Source: Vicinamibacterales bacterium
GTDB taxonomy: Bacteria; Acidobacteriota; Vicinamibacteria; Vicinamibacterales; UBA8438
Assembly (NCBI GenBank): GCA_965204675.1
Contig: OZ242003.1
Span: 5,803,996 to 5,867,995 of the forward strand
Direction of reading: 5' to 3'
DNA length: 64,000 nucleotides
Made by a program: the position numbers and the translations under genes. Under the pieces are notes generated by a model. That model saw only the letters and a program-made list of their open reading frames with translations, did not search any database and was not told the origin of the DNA. Below are positions 40,801 to 48,934 of the stretch, one piece after another; within the stretch, counting starts at the first letter, position 1, and every line of letters starts with the position of its first letter.

Positions 40801-41143
40801 CGGTCCGGGCCACCTCGCCGAGATCGCGCTCCTCGGACAGCCCCGCGAGGGCGGCCTCGCCCGCGTCGGGCTCCGTCGCCTCGACCGCGATCCCCCGCAG
40901 CATCGAGATCGCCTCGTCCCGGACCTGTCCGTCCGAGTCCGTCCGCGCGATCCGCCCGATGGTCTCGGGGTCGGACAACCGAACGACGGCGGCGAGCCGC
41001 ACGCCGGGATCGGCATCCTCGGATGCAATGGCCGCGAACACGTCCTGGGCATCGTTCTCCAGGTCGTCCACGGCCGAGGCCCGCACCAGCGGATCCTCGT
41101 GTTGCCAACCCGGCTGGCCGCGCAATCGGTCGAGCAAACTCAT
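37808..41143 (-). CDS. DUF349-repeat protein with N-terminal HEAT-like repeats
   Basis: Repeated '..W(K/R)..G...R..E..(L/V)W.RF(R/K).A.D..(F/Y)' units, for example 'QEQWKQVGPATRKDEREVWNRFRAACGHFF'. N-terminal 'DPLVRASAV', 'DPGVRLAAV' and 'DGQVRDEAI' are HEAT-like. Confidence 0.8.
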   Translation of the reverse strand: MSLLDRLRGQPGWQHEDPLVRASAVDDLENDAQDVFAAIASEDADPGVRLAAVVRLSDPETIGRIARTDSDGQVRDEAISMLRGIAVEATEPDAGEAALAGLSEERDLGEVARTARNEAVSRSALGRLDSQKAIGAVARRSTHRAVRGAALDRLDERSELAAVAIKTDHREIALAAFDRLAPLGPADRDLLRTVAVRARTKPVSRRARTALADIDAQPAPLSADERRRRREELCERVEALAGVEQWDAVTAALDQAERDWRDLAEGDEAPGGAEVSVASEGHAATEEPVATEEPVATEEPVATEEPVATEEPVATEEPVATEEPVAADGEAPAAAEVPAPVGAAADGPADADAAVAARWRAAVAAGLDHLARLDAARSAADRRRQVRSDALASRVALCDRLTALAADEARDADALAAEIGVVRAEWTALPEVPPVGGDAADDAGTAGEDRAGGDASTQVERRFADLVAAAERQVERRRTAAHRVVRLAALAEKLEAVSATENPEELTTGWKAPHAEWTALAGESTPGELAELAPRVAAAEQKRGDRLFAAREARRRREQASLVKQKARCDEIERALADEQLTLKDAEHFLRLTRSLLGNLGRLPTRQDRETLTERLRAAQTGLTGRLRELRALVEWKQWANVGVQAALCQRLEALAARGEDDDERFAREFRQIMNEWRQASDVARDEGNDVWQRFKTAHDALYPRFEALRTAKDAARGENLAKKVALCEEAERLADSTEWIKVAQRMTELQEQWKQVGPATRKDEREVWNRFRAACGHFFRRRRQDLAERKEVWAKNAQLKEELCGKAEALADESDLEAAKAAVRQLQAEWKTVGPVRRSRSETLWQRFRAACDQVYARAREAVDAPFVEHIRARAALCERLEALAPDAGEAGGGAADARPPADTPEAGGEGGGEGDPAAGPPADLAETVEAVRAEWRAMEPIPRPQERSLAARFDAAVGRVVDRFPGAFAGTDLDPLRHVPALERLCERVESMIEAETRAPSADERSPSEILAARLREALASNTMGGRADADAKRREDAETVRRLQAERRALGVIPGETGHQLSERFRAACDRYFKLNPAPPSPPASKPRGGGSRRGDGSGRGGPRRRRD
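40167..40292. repeat. Seven tandem copies of the 18-bp unit GCGACCGGCTCCTCGGTG (encoding (PVATEE)x7 on the minus strand)
   Basis: Read directly. The first five units are identical; the last two end in GGTA. Confidence 0.9.
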
Positions 41144-41493
41144 GAGGCTGTATGGTCCCGCTCAGTTCGTCCGTGGGTCCGGGCGCCGTGGGCCGTCGGC
41201 GACCGCCGTCGGCGCCACTGGACAGCGCCAAGGGGAATTATGCATACTCGGGGCCAAAAGTGGAGAGTGGCGCGTACTCGGGACGAGATCGGACGCCGGG
41301 CCACCGAGGGACGGGGAGCCGACCCAAGAAATCCACGTAATTGGATCACGTATATCAGATAATTGGATGAGCGGCATCGGTCGCTCCCGGACGAAGCAGC
41401 TCGCCGCTCCCGGCGGGATGTCGCCGTTCGGGGACCGCTTCATCGCTCCCGAACGGGCGAGCCGCCGCTCCACGGCCAAAGGAGGCCCCTTCA

Positions 41494-42069
41494 ATGTCGC
41501 ATCGACCTCTCTCGTTCCTCGTGATCTGTGGCCTCGCCGCCATCCTGGCCGCCCCGCCCGCCGCCGCCCAGAACCCCGTCGTCGTGATCGAGACCAACCT
41601 GGGCTCGATCACGGCGGAGCTCGACCGCCGGGCCGCGCCGGTCTCGGTGGCCAACTTCCTCGCCTACGCCGAGAGCGGGTTCTACAACGGCACCGTGTTC
41701 CACCGCGTCATCAGGGGCTTCATGATCCAGGGTGGCGGAATGACGGCCGACCTGCAGCGGAAGGAGACCCGCGCCCCGATTCGCAACGAGGCGACCAACG
41801 GGCTCTCGAACGACCGGGGCACGCTGGCGATGGCCCGCACCAACGTCGTCGACAGCGCCACCGCGCAGTTCTTCATCAACACCGTCGACAACCCCGGGCT
41901 CAACAACCGCGGCACCGACCCCGGAAGCTACGGCTATGCGGTGTTCGGCCGGGTCACCGGCGGCATGGACGTCGTCGACGAGATCGAGGGCGTGCGGACC
42001 GGCCGCCGCGGGCCGTTCAACGACGTGCCGGAAACCGCGGTCGAGATTCTCTCGGTGACCGTGCAGTAG
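41494..42069 (+). CDS. Periplasmic cyclophilin-type peptidyl-prolyl cis-trans isomerase
   Basis: Signal peptide plus '[19 protein letters not shown]', 'GTLAMART' and 'QFFINTVDN'. RBS AAAGGAGG. Confidence 0.9.
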   Translation: MSHRPLSFLVICGLAAILAAPPAAAQNPVVVIETNLGSITAELDRRAAPVSVANFLAYAESGFYNGTVFHRVIRGFMIQGGGMTADLQRKETRAPIRNEATNGLSNDRGTLAMARTNVVDSATAQFFINTVDNPGLNNRGTDPGSYGYAVFGRVTGGMDVVDEIEGVRTGRRGPFNDVPETAVEILSVTVQ

Positions 42070-42247
42070 CCGCGGGCCGGACGGACTGCCGACCGCCCCG
42101 GGAGCCCGCGGTGAAACCCGCGTTGCACCGCGCCCGGAGAGCGCGAGCGAATCGCCGAGGCGCCCGCCGCTCGAATGCGGCGGGGACTCTCGCCACGGGC
42201 TCCCGGCGGCAGCCGGCGCATCCCCGAAATCAGCGAAGGAGCACGTA

Positions 42248-42928
42248 GTGCATCTACCCATCCGCCGGGTACCCCGGACGAAGCCCCCTTGCCCCCCCCT
42301 CTCGACCAACCACCGGCGAGTCCGCGGGGCCGGACGCCTGCTGTCGGCCTGCGTCCTCGCGGCCCTGCTGGCGGCACCCGCGACGGGCCAGCAGATGCCG
42401 CCCAACCCCCACGTGCTGGTGGAGACCAGCATGGGCGACTTCGAGATGGAGCTGTTCCGTAACCAGGTCCCCGCGACGGTGGTCAACTTCCTGGTCTACG
42501 TGCGGGACGGCTACTACGACGGCACCGTGTTCCATCGGATCCTGCGCGACATCATCGTGCAGGGCGGCGGCTTCCGGGTCGGCGAGGAAGACCTGCTCGA
42601 GCCGAAGGTCGAGGGGCTACGGGGCACCATCATCAACCAGGCGAGCCGCAACCTGCTGAACCTGCGGGGCACGGTGGCGATGGCGCGCGGCTCCGCGCCC
42701 GACAGCGCGCGGCAGCAGTTCTTCATCAACCTCGACAACAACGACAACTTCAACTATCGGAACCCCCTGCCGTCGGGCGTCGGCTACGCGGTCTTCGGCC
42801 GGGTGACCGAGGGCATGGACGTCGTCGACCGGATCGGCCGGGTCCGGACCGGCCGCCAGGGGGGCATGCAGGACGTTCCCCGCGACCCGGTGGTCATCCA
42901 CGCCATCACCCGGATCGAGGCCGGCTAG
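42248..42928 (+). CDS. Second cyclophilin-type PPIase (exported)
   Basis: 'YDGTVFHRILRDIIVQGGG', 'GTVAMARG', 'QFFINLDNN'. GTG start with AAGGAG 6 nt upstream. Confidence 0.85.
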   Translation: MHLPIRRVPRTKPPCPPLSTNHRRVRGAGRLLSACVLAALLAAPATGQQMPPNPHVLVETSMGDFEMELFRNQVPATVVNFLVYVRDGYYDGTVFHRILRDIIVQGGGFRVGEEDLLEPKVEGLRGTIINQASRNLLNLRGTVAMARGSAPDSARQQFFINLDNNDNFNYRNPLPSGVGYAVFGRVTEGMDVVDRIGRVRTGRQGGMQDVPRDPVVIHAITRIEAG

Positions 42929-42930
42929 GC

Positions 42931-42955
42931 GTCTGTGCCGTAGAACGGTGCAGAC
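42931..42955 (+). repeat. TAG-loop hairpin motif, copy A: GTCTGTGCCG-TAGAA-CGGTGCAGAC (core GCCGTAGAACGG at 42937-42948)
   Basis: A 10-bp stem (two G-U pairs) starting 3 nt after the PPIase stop codon. The same 12-mer core recurs at 45984, 48239 and 55458. Confidence 0.7.
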
Positions 42956-43143
42956 GCCCGGCAGGATTCGTTGGGCGGTGAGCGGAGCCGCAGGCGACGC
43001 TCTCCGGGCCAGGAGCCGCCGTGGCACGGCGCGGGCCGGCGCCGCGCCACGGCTTCGGGCCGGACTCGTCCCGCCCCCCCGATTCCGGACCGCGGCCCGT
43101 CGGTATCGGGGGGCGATCCGATCGTGCCGAAGGCCCGCCGATC

Positions 43144-45990
43144 ATGTCGGATCGCACTCCCCCGCCGGGCGACGACACCGCACTCCGACGCCGCGTCCTG
43201 GACCTGGTGGGACAACTGGTCGCGGAGCTCCGCCCGGGGTCCGCCGCCGCCGGCGTCAACCCCGACGACTCGCTGGAACGCGACCTCGGCCTGGGCTCTC
43301 TCGAGCAGGTCGAGCTGCTCGGCCGCATCGAGAGGGCCACGGGCGTCCGGGTGTCGGACGCGGTGCTCGGCGCCGTCGACACCCCCGCCGAGCTGGTGCG
43401 GGCGGTGCTCGCGGCCGAGCCGGGGGCCGCGGAGACGCCGAGGCCGCGAACCGCGCCCGAGGCGCGGCCGGGGCTCGGGACGGCGGCCGCCGCCCCCGAC
43501 ACCGCCGAGACCCTGGTCGACGTGCTCGAGCGGCACGCGCAGGCGACGCCGGACCGGCCGCACGTCTACCTGCGAGAGGACGACGGCCCGGAGCGGACCC
43601 TCACCTACGCGTGGCTGTGGCGCCGCGCGGCCGCGGTGGCCGGCTCGCTGCGGGCCCGCGGCATCGGCCAGCGCGACACGGTGGCGATCATGCTGCGGAC
43701 CGAGGCGGCGTTCTTCCCCGCCTTCTTCGGGGCGCTGCTCGCGGGGGCGGTGCCGGTCCCGGTGTACCCGCCGTTCCGCCCGGACCGGATCGCCGATTAC
43801 GCCGCGCGCCAGGGGCGCATCCTGTCGAACGCGGGCGCCCGCCTCCTCATCACCTTCGCCGCCGTCGAACGCCTGGCGGGGCTCCTGCGAGGGCAGGTCC
43901 CGACGCTGTCGGGGGTGACGACCCTGGACGACCTCGCGCCCGAGCCCCCCGCCGACGGCCCCCTGCCGCACCGGCCCGCGAGCTGGCTGACCGGCGACGA
44001 CCCGGCCCTCATCCAGTACACGTCCGGCAGCACCGGCCAGCCCAAGGGCGTGCTGCTGACCCACGCCAACCTGCTCGCCAACATCCGCGCCATCCGCGAC
44101 GGACTCGCCATCCGGCCCGACGACGCGGTCGTGAGCTGGCTGCCGCTGTACCACGACATGGGGCTCATCGGGGCGTGGCTGGGCAGCCTCTACACCGGCA
44201 TCCCCGTCGCGATCCTGTCCCCGCTGGCCTTCCTGTCGCGCCCCGCCCGCTGGCTGTGGGCCATCCACGAGCATCGGGCCACGCTGTCGGTCGCGCCCAA
44301 CTTCGCGTTCGACCTGTGCGCCGCCAAGGTCACCGCGGAGGAGATGGAGGGCCTCGATCTGGGGTCGCTCCGCATCCTCCTCAACGGGTCGGAGGCGATA
44401 CTGCCCCGCACCCTGACCCGCTTCGCGGAGCGCTTCGCCCCCGCCGGGCTGCGCCCCGACGCCCTGCGGCCGGTGTACGGGCTCGCCGAGTGCTCGGTGG
44501 GGCTCGCGGTGACCCCGCGGCGCCACCCGCCCCTCGTCGATCGGGTCGCGCCGGGGTTCCGGGCCACCGGCCGGGCCGAGCCGAGCGCCGGACCCGAGGC
44601 GCTGGCGTTCGTCTCGTGCGGCGCCGCCCTGCCGCGGCACGAGCTCCGGATCGCAGACGAGGCCGGCGCCGCCCTCGGCGAGCGCCTCGAGGGGCGGGTG
44701 CAGTTCCGCGGCCCGTCGACGATGGCCGGCTACTACCGCAACCCCGACGCGACCCGGGCCGTCACCACCGGCGACGGGTGGCTCGACTCGGGCGACCTCG
44801 GCTACCTGGCCGGCGGCGAGCTGTTCCTGACGGGACGGCGGAAGGACATCGTCATCAAGGCCGGGCGCAACATCTACCCGCACGAGGCGGAGGCGGTGGT
44901 CGACGGCGTCGACGGCGTGCGCAAGGGCTGCGTCGCCGCCTTCGGGGTCCCCGACGCGGCCCTGGGCACCGAGCGGCTGGTGGTGGTGGCGGAAACGCGC
45001 GCCGCCGAGCCGGAGCGGCGGGAGCGGATGCGGCGGGAGATTCTCGAGCGCGTGGCCGACGCGCTGGGGGTCCCCCCCGACACCGTCGTGCTGGCCCGGC
45101 CCGGCTCCGTGCTCAAGACCTCGAGCGGCAAGGTGCGCCGGAGCGGGACGCGCGACGCGTACCGGGCGGGCACGCTGGAGCGGGGCGCGGGGTCTCTCGC
45201 GCGCCAGTGGGCGGCGATGGCCTGGCAGGCGGCGCGCGGGCACGGCCGCCGCGCCCTCGACGTCCTGTTGCGGTCGGCCTACACCCTCTACATGGTCGGC
45301 CTGCTCGTCGTCCTCGTGCCCCCGCTGTGGGTCCTGGTGCGCACGAGCCCCCGGCCCGGCTCCGCCCGGCGGTGGCTGCACCGCTTCGCGCGGCTGCTGG
45401 CCGCGGCCTCGCTGTCGCGGGTCACCGCGAGCGGCCTCGAGCACCTCCGCGGCCTCGGACCGGCCGTCTTCGTGTCCAACCACGCGAGCTTCGCGGACGT
45501 CGTCGCGGTGCTCGCCACCCTGCCCGCCAGCTTCCGCTTCGCGGCCAAGGGAAGGCTCGCCACGTATCCGATCCTGAAGACCATCATCCGGCGCGGCGGC
45601 TATCTGCGGATCGAGAAGACCGGGCTCTCGCAGCGCATGGAGGGCGCCGGCGAGGTCGGGGCCACCCTGGCCGCGGGAGAGTCGATGTTCGTGTTCCCGG
45701 AGGGGCGCTTCGTCCGGGCGCCGGGGCTGCTGCCGTTCCGCCTCGGCGCGTTCCGCGCCGCGGCCGAGGCGGGATGCCCGGTGGTGCCGGTGGCCCTGGC
45801 CGGCACACGGCGCATGTTCCCGGCGGGAACCCTGCTGCTGCGGCCCGGCCGCATCCGCGTCGCGGTGGGGCCGCCGCTGCAACCCCGGAGCGCGGACTGG
45901 AGCGAGGTGGTCCGGCTCCGCGACGAGGCGCGGCGGCTCATCGCGAAGGATGCGGGCGAGGAATCCGCGGGGCAGGAATCTGCGCCGTAG
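43144..45990 (+). CDS. Tri-domain fusion: acyl-carrier (PP-binding) domain, fatty-acyl-AMP ligase/acyl-CoA synthetase-like adenylation domain, and a PlsC/LPLAT acyltransferase domain
   Basis: 'DDSLERDLGLGSLEQVELLGRIE' is a Ser attachment motif. 'IQYTSGSTGQPKGVLLTH' and 'GWLDSGDLG' mark the adenylation domain. The acyltransferase HX4D-like block is 'VSNHASFADVVAV' and 'FVFPEGRF'. Confidence 0.85.
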   Translation: MSDRTPPPGDDTALRRRVLDLVGQLVAELRPGSAAAGVNPDDSLERDLGLGSLEQVELLGRIERATGVRVSDAVLGAVDTPAELVRAVLAAEPGAAETPRPRTAPEARPGLGTAAAAPDTAETLVDVLERHAQATPDRPHVYLREDDGPERTLTYAWLWRRAAAVAGSLRARGIGQRDTVAIMLRTEAAFFPAFFGALLAGAVPVPVYPPFRPDRIADYAARQGRILSNAGARLLITFAAVERLAGLLRGQVPTLSGVTTLDDLAPEPPADGPLPHRPASWLTGDDPALIQYTSGSTGQPKGVLLTHANLLANIRAIRDGLAIRPDDAVVSWLPLYHDMGLIGAWLGSLYTGIPVAILSPLAFLSRPARWLWAIHEHRATLSVAPNFAFDLCAAKVTAEEMEGLDLGSLRILLNGSEAILPRTLTRFAERFAPAGLRPDALRPVYGLAECSVGLAVTPRRHPPLVDRVAPGFRATGRAEPSAGPEALAFVSCGAALPRHELRIADEAGAALGERLEGRVQFRGPSTMAGYYRNPDATRAVTTGDGWLDSGDLGYLAGGELFLTGRRKDIVIKAGRNIYPHEAEAVVDGVDGVRKGCVAAFGVPDAALGTERLVVVAETRAAEPERRERMRREILERVADALGVPPDTVVLARPGSVLKTSSGKVRRSGTRDAYRAGTLERGAGSLARQWAAMAWQAARGHGRRALDVLLRSAYTLYMVGLLVVLVPPLWVLVRTSPRPGSARRWLHRFARLLAAASLSRVTASGLEHLRGLGPAVFVSNHASFADVVAVLATLPASFRFAAKGRLATYPILKTIIRRGGYLRIEKTGLSQRMEGAGEVGATLAAGESMFVFPEGRFVRAPGLLPFRLGAFRAAAEAGCPVVPVALAGTRRMFPAGTLLLRPGRIRVAVGPPLQPRSADWSEVVRLRDEARRLIAKDAGEESAGQESAP

Positions 45991-45995
45991 AATGG
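45984..45995 (+). repeat. TAG-loop motif, copy B: core GCCGTAGAATGG, whose TAG (45988-45990) is the stop codon of the fusion gene
   Basis: Read directly. The flanks CTGCGCCG...CGGCAG can pair. Confidence 0.6.
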
Positions 45996-46075
45996 TGGAC
46001 GGCAGCTATGTGAACGCCGGGGGCGGGGATACCGGCCCCGGAGCCGCCGGCGGGCCGGTGGTGGTCCTTCGGTTC

Positions 46076-46750
46076 ATGGTGGAACATGCTATGGGAATGA
46101 AGCGACTGGCGGCGGCGCTGATGACCGCCATGACGGCGGCGGCCGCCTCCGGTCAATCGCTGGTCGTGTCCGCGAACGACGAATGGGCCGTGTCGGCCAG
46201 CTACGGCTACTCGCAGCGGCATCACGACGAGGATCCCTGGATCCAAATCGATGTAGGGCTCGGCGGTACGCGGTGGTGGACAGTCCGCCCGCATAGCGCG
46301 TTCCACCTGTTGACGCCCGACGGGGAGCGGATCGACCTGCCGGATCAACGCGAGTTCAGGCGCGGGCTGGACGGTATACGGGCCATGTACGCGAGGGCTG
46401 CGACCATGCAGTATTCGCCGTGGCTGGCGTTCTCCCGCTGTCGGTTCATGGCGTTCGCCGGCTGGCAGGATGCTGAAGAGCAACTCGGAATTTCGTTAGG
46501 GAGTCTCCCCCCGGGCTCGCACTACTGCCGGACGTGGCGGTTGTGGGGGAATGGCGGTGTCGATTGGGCGGTGACACTCGGGCCGGACATTTACGGCGGG
46601 ACCTCTCTGTTCTTCAAGGCGCCGGCGGGCTCGTGGCCCGCCGGCCGGTACACGCTGGTTGTAGAGGGTCCGGGAGATTCGGTGGCCCGGCTGCCGATCA
46701 ACCTGGGCACGGCGGCGGCGGATGAGGCAGTCCGTACGGCCGCGCGTTGA
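46076..46750 (+). CDS. Secreted hypothetical protein, paralogue 1
   Basis: 'MKRLAAALMTAMTAAAASGQSLVV' is signal-like. It is very similar, by eye, to the ORF at 48910-49584. The start is ambiguous (46076, 46091 or 46097). Confidence 0.6.
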   Translation: MVEHAMGMKRLAAALMTAMTAAAASGQSLVVSANDEWAVSASYGYSQRHHDEDPWIQIDVGLGGTRWWTVRPHSAFHLLTPDGERIDLPDQREFRRGLDGIRAMYARAATMQYSPWLAFSRCRFMAFAGWQDAEEQLGISLGSLPPGSHYCRTWRLWGNGGVDWAVTLGPDIYGGTSLFFKAPAGSWPAGRYTLVVEGPGDSVARLPINLGTAAADEAVRTAAR

Positions 46751-47019
46751 ACCAAGCCCGGCGCCGCCCCGGCCGGGGCGGCGCCGCCTTTTCCCCTGAC
46801 ACGTCCGCCGGCATTCTCCGGCGTTTGCGGACGTTCCCAAACACGGATGTGTCGCATCTTGTGAATCCGCCCCGCCTGATGCACCGAAAACGCCCGGATT
46901 CATTGGTCGAGTCGCGGATCATCAACAGAACGGCGCGGACTCCGGGAGGACCGGTCGGGGCGCCGGGGGGGCCGCCCGGCGATGTTGGCGGGTCGGGGCG
47001 CGCGCCACGACGCCCTCCG

Positions 47020-48000
47020 TCAGGACGCGAGCACGATGCCCCCGACCGCTCGGCCCGCGCGCAGATCGTCGAGCGCCGCCTGAGCGTCGGCGAAGGGCCG
47101 CGGCTCGATCGGGATGGCCGGCGCCCGCCCGGTCCCGGCCAGTTGCATCAGCTCGCGCATCTCCGCGAGGCTGCCGACGTACGACCCCTGCACGGTGAGG
47201 CTGCGCAGCGGCCAGAGCGGCAGCGACGCCCGCAGCTCTCCCCCGAAGAGCCCCACGACGACGAGCAGGCCCCCGGTGGCGAGCACGCCGAGCCCGAGGG
47301 AGGCGCTGCTCTCCGACCCCACGAAGTCGATGGCCGCGGCGGCCCCGCCGCCGGTGGCCCGACGAATCTGCCTGGCCGCGTCCGGGGCGCGGGCGTCGAC
47401 GACCTCGGCCCCCGCCTCGGCCCCGGCCTCGAGGGTCGCGTCGTCGACGTCGGCCACGATGATGACGGAGGCGTCGGTCAGGGCCTGCGCGAGCCGCAGG
47501 GCCGCGAAGCCGACGCCGCCGAGACCGATGACGACGAGCGGGCGCCCGTCGACCCGCGCCCGGACCTTCCGCACGGCGCCGAAGGCGGTGAGCCCCGAGC
47601 AGGCGTAGGTGCAGGCGAGGGTCAGCGGCACATCGCCGACCGCGAAGAGATAGCGGGGATGCGGCACGATGACGTGATCGCCGAAGCCTCCGGCCCGGGT
47701 GACCCCGAGCACCCGCGGCTGCGCGCGCAGGTGCTCGTGCCCCGACCCGCACGTGTCGCAGCCGCCGCAGCCGATCCACGGGTACGCCACGTACCGCGCC
47801 CCGACGTCGACGCCGGCGACCTCGGGGCCGCACGCCGCAGCCGCGCCGACGATCTCGTGCCCCCAGCGGCAGGGGCAGCGTCCGCCCCTTCGACAGGTCC
47901 AGCCGCCGGCCGCCCCCCATGTCGAAGAAGCCGCCCTGCAGGTGAAGGTCGCTGTGGCACACCCCGCAGGCCCTCCGCCCGGAGGAGCACCTCGGTCCCC
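47020..48000 (-). pseudogene. Zinc-type alcohol dehydrogenase pseudogene (5'-truncated at the duplication junction, at least two frameshifts)
   Basis: The C-terminal ~290 aa are collinear with the intact copy at 49870-50916. The N-terminal pieces 'GTEVLLR', 'ACGVCHSDLHLQGGFFDMGGGRRLDLSKGRTLPLPLG' and 'HEIVGAAAACGP' lie in three different frames. Confidence 0.8.
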
Positions 48001-48005
48001 CAGCG

Positions 48006-48245
48006 CCTCGGAACGCCGCGGCCGAGGCGGGATGCCCGGTGGTGCCGGTGGCCCTGACCGGCACGCGGCGCCTGTTCCCGGCGGGAACCCTGCTGCTGCG
48101 GCCCGGCCGCATTCGCGTCGCGGTGGGGCCGCCGCTGCAACCCCGGAACGCCGACTGGAGCGAGGTGGTCCGGCTCCGCGACGAGGCGCGGGCGATAGGG
48201 AAGGAAACGGGCGAGGAGTCGGCGCCGCAGGAGCCGGCGCCGTAG
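48006..48245 (+). pseudogene. Duplicated 3' fragment of the acyltransferase fusion gene
   Basis: 'VPVALTGTRRLFPAGTLLLRPGRIRVAVGPPLQPRNADWSEVVRLRDEAR' compared with the last ~70 aa of the 43144-45990 product. Confidence 0.85.
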
Positions 48246-48261
48246 AACGGCGCGACTCCTG
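48228..48261 (+). repeat. TAG-loop hairpin motif, copy C: CAGGAG-CCG-GCGCCG-TAGAA-CGGCGC-GA-CTCCTG
   Basis: Core GCCGTAGAACGG at 48239-48250. TAG at 48243-48245 ends the duplicated gene fragment. Confidence 0.7.
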
Positions 48262-48380
48262 GGGGCTGAATGATACCCATGTTCCATGGTGTCCACGACC
48301 GTTGACAGACGTTTCCGGTTGTGCCAAGCTGTGATCGCATGTGTCGGAATGGACCGGCACATCCATCCAGAGGAGTTCCA

Positions 48381-48934
48381 ATGAAACTATTGCTTCGTTT
48401 CGGTTTAACGGCCGCGGCCGTTAAACCGAAACAAAGCAATAACCGCTTCGTTTCGGTTTAACGGCCGCGGCAGCGATCCTGCTCGCGGCCGTCGGCGTCC
48501 TGCTCGCACCGGCCGAAATGCGCACGTTCGTCGCGGGCGTAGAGGCGCATACCACGTCACAAGGTCACGTGCACGGAAACGGCGGCTACCACGCGCCCGC
48601 CGGTTCCAGCACGGGGAGGCACGCACAATGTCGGTACGGCTACAACGAGAGCGAGCAGCGCTGCAACTGCGAGCCAGGCAAGGTCTACCAGGACGGTAGC
48701 TGCATCTCACCCGGCGCCAGCCGCGCCGGCAACTCCAACGGCTCCAAAGACCCGTCGCGCGGGTCGTGTCAGGGGCCGAGCGTAGGCCAGGGGATAAGCC
48801 GTACTCCCTGCTCAACCCAAGGCCCCCCCGCCGGTGATGCCGGCCCGGCCGGCTTCGCGCCCGGCCCCCCCGTGGGCGGCGGCTTCTCGTTTTGGTCATC
48901 CTTCGATTCATGGTGGGACAGGCTATGGGAATGA
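48381..48934 (+). pseudogene. Small secreted Cys-rich protein gene interrupted in its signal peptide by a 53-bp insertion
   Basis: ATG at 48381 with AGGAG 5 nt upstream gives 'MKLLLRFGLTAAA', then a premature stop. Removing 53 nt restores a 166-aa ORF 'MKLLLRFGLTAAAAILLAAVGVLLAPAEMRTF...CRYGYNESEQRCNCEPGKVYQDGSC...FSFWSSFDSWWDRLWE'. Confidence 0.65.
48393..48470. repeat. Direct-inverted-direct repeat: CTTCGTTTCGGTTTAACGGCCGCGG (48393-48417), its near-perfect inverted copy (48418-48440), and the direct copy again (48446-48470)
   Basis: Read directly. The palindrome is centred on GGCCGCGGCC (~48411-48420) with one arm mismatch. Confidence 0.85.

Larger units (their letters stand above)
45750..48000. 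repeat. Segmental tandem duplication, unit 1 (degenerate copy)
   Basis: Collinear similarity to 48006-50845: acyltransferase 3' end, secreted-protein paralogue, ADH. The junction is at ~48001-48005. Confidence 0.8.

Noticed and set aside
48039-48245. The 68-aa ORF considered as an independent small gene.
   Set aside because: It is the duplicated 3' end of the acyltransferase fusion gene, collinear with roughly 45780-45990. It begins at the duplication junction and has no translation signals of its own.
48303-48308. TTGACA hexamer upstream of the small secreted-protein gene considered as a sigma-70 -35 box.
   Set aside because: No acceptable -10 hexamer is found at 16-19 nt spacing.
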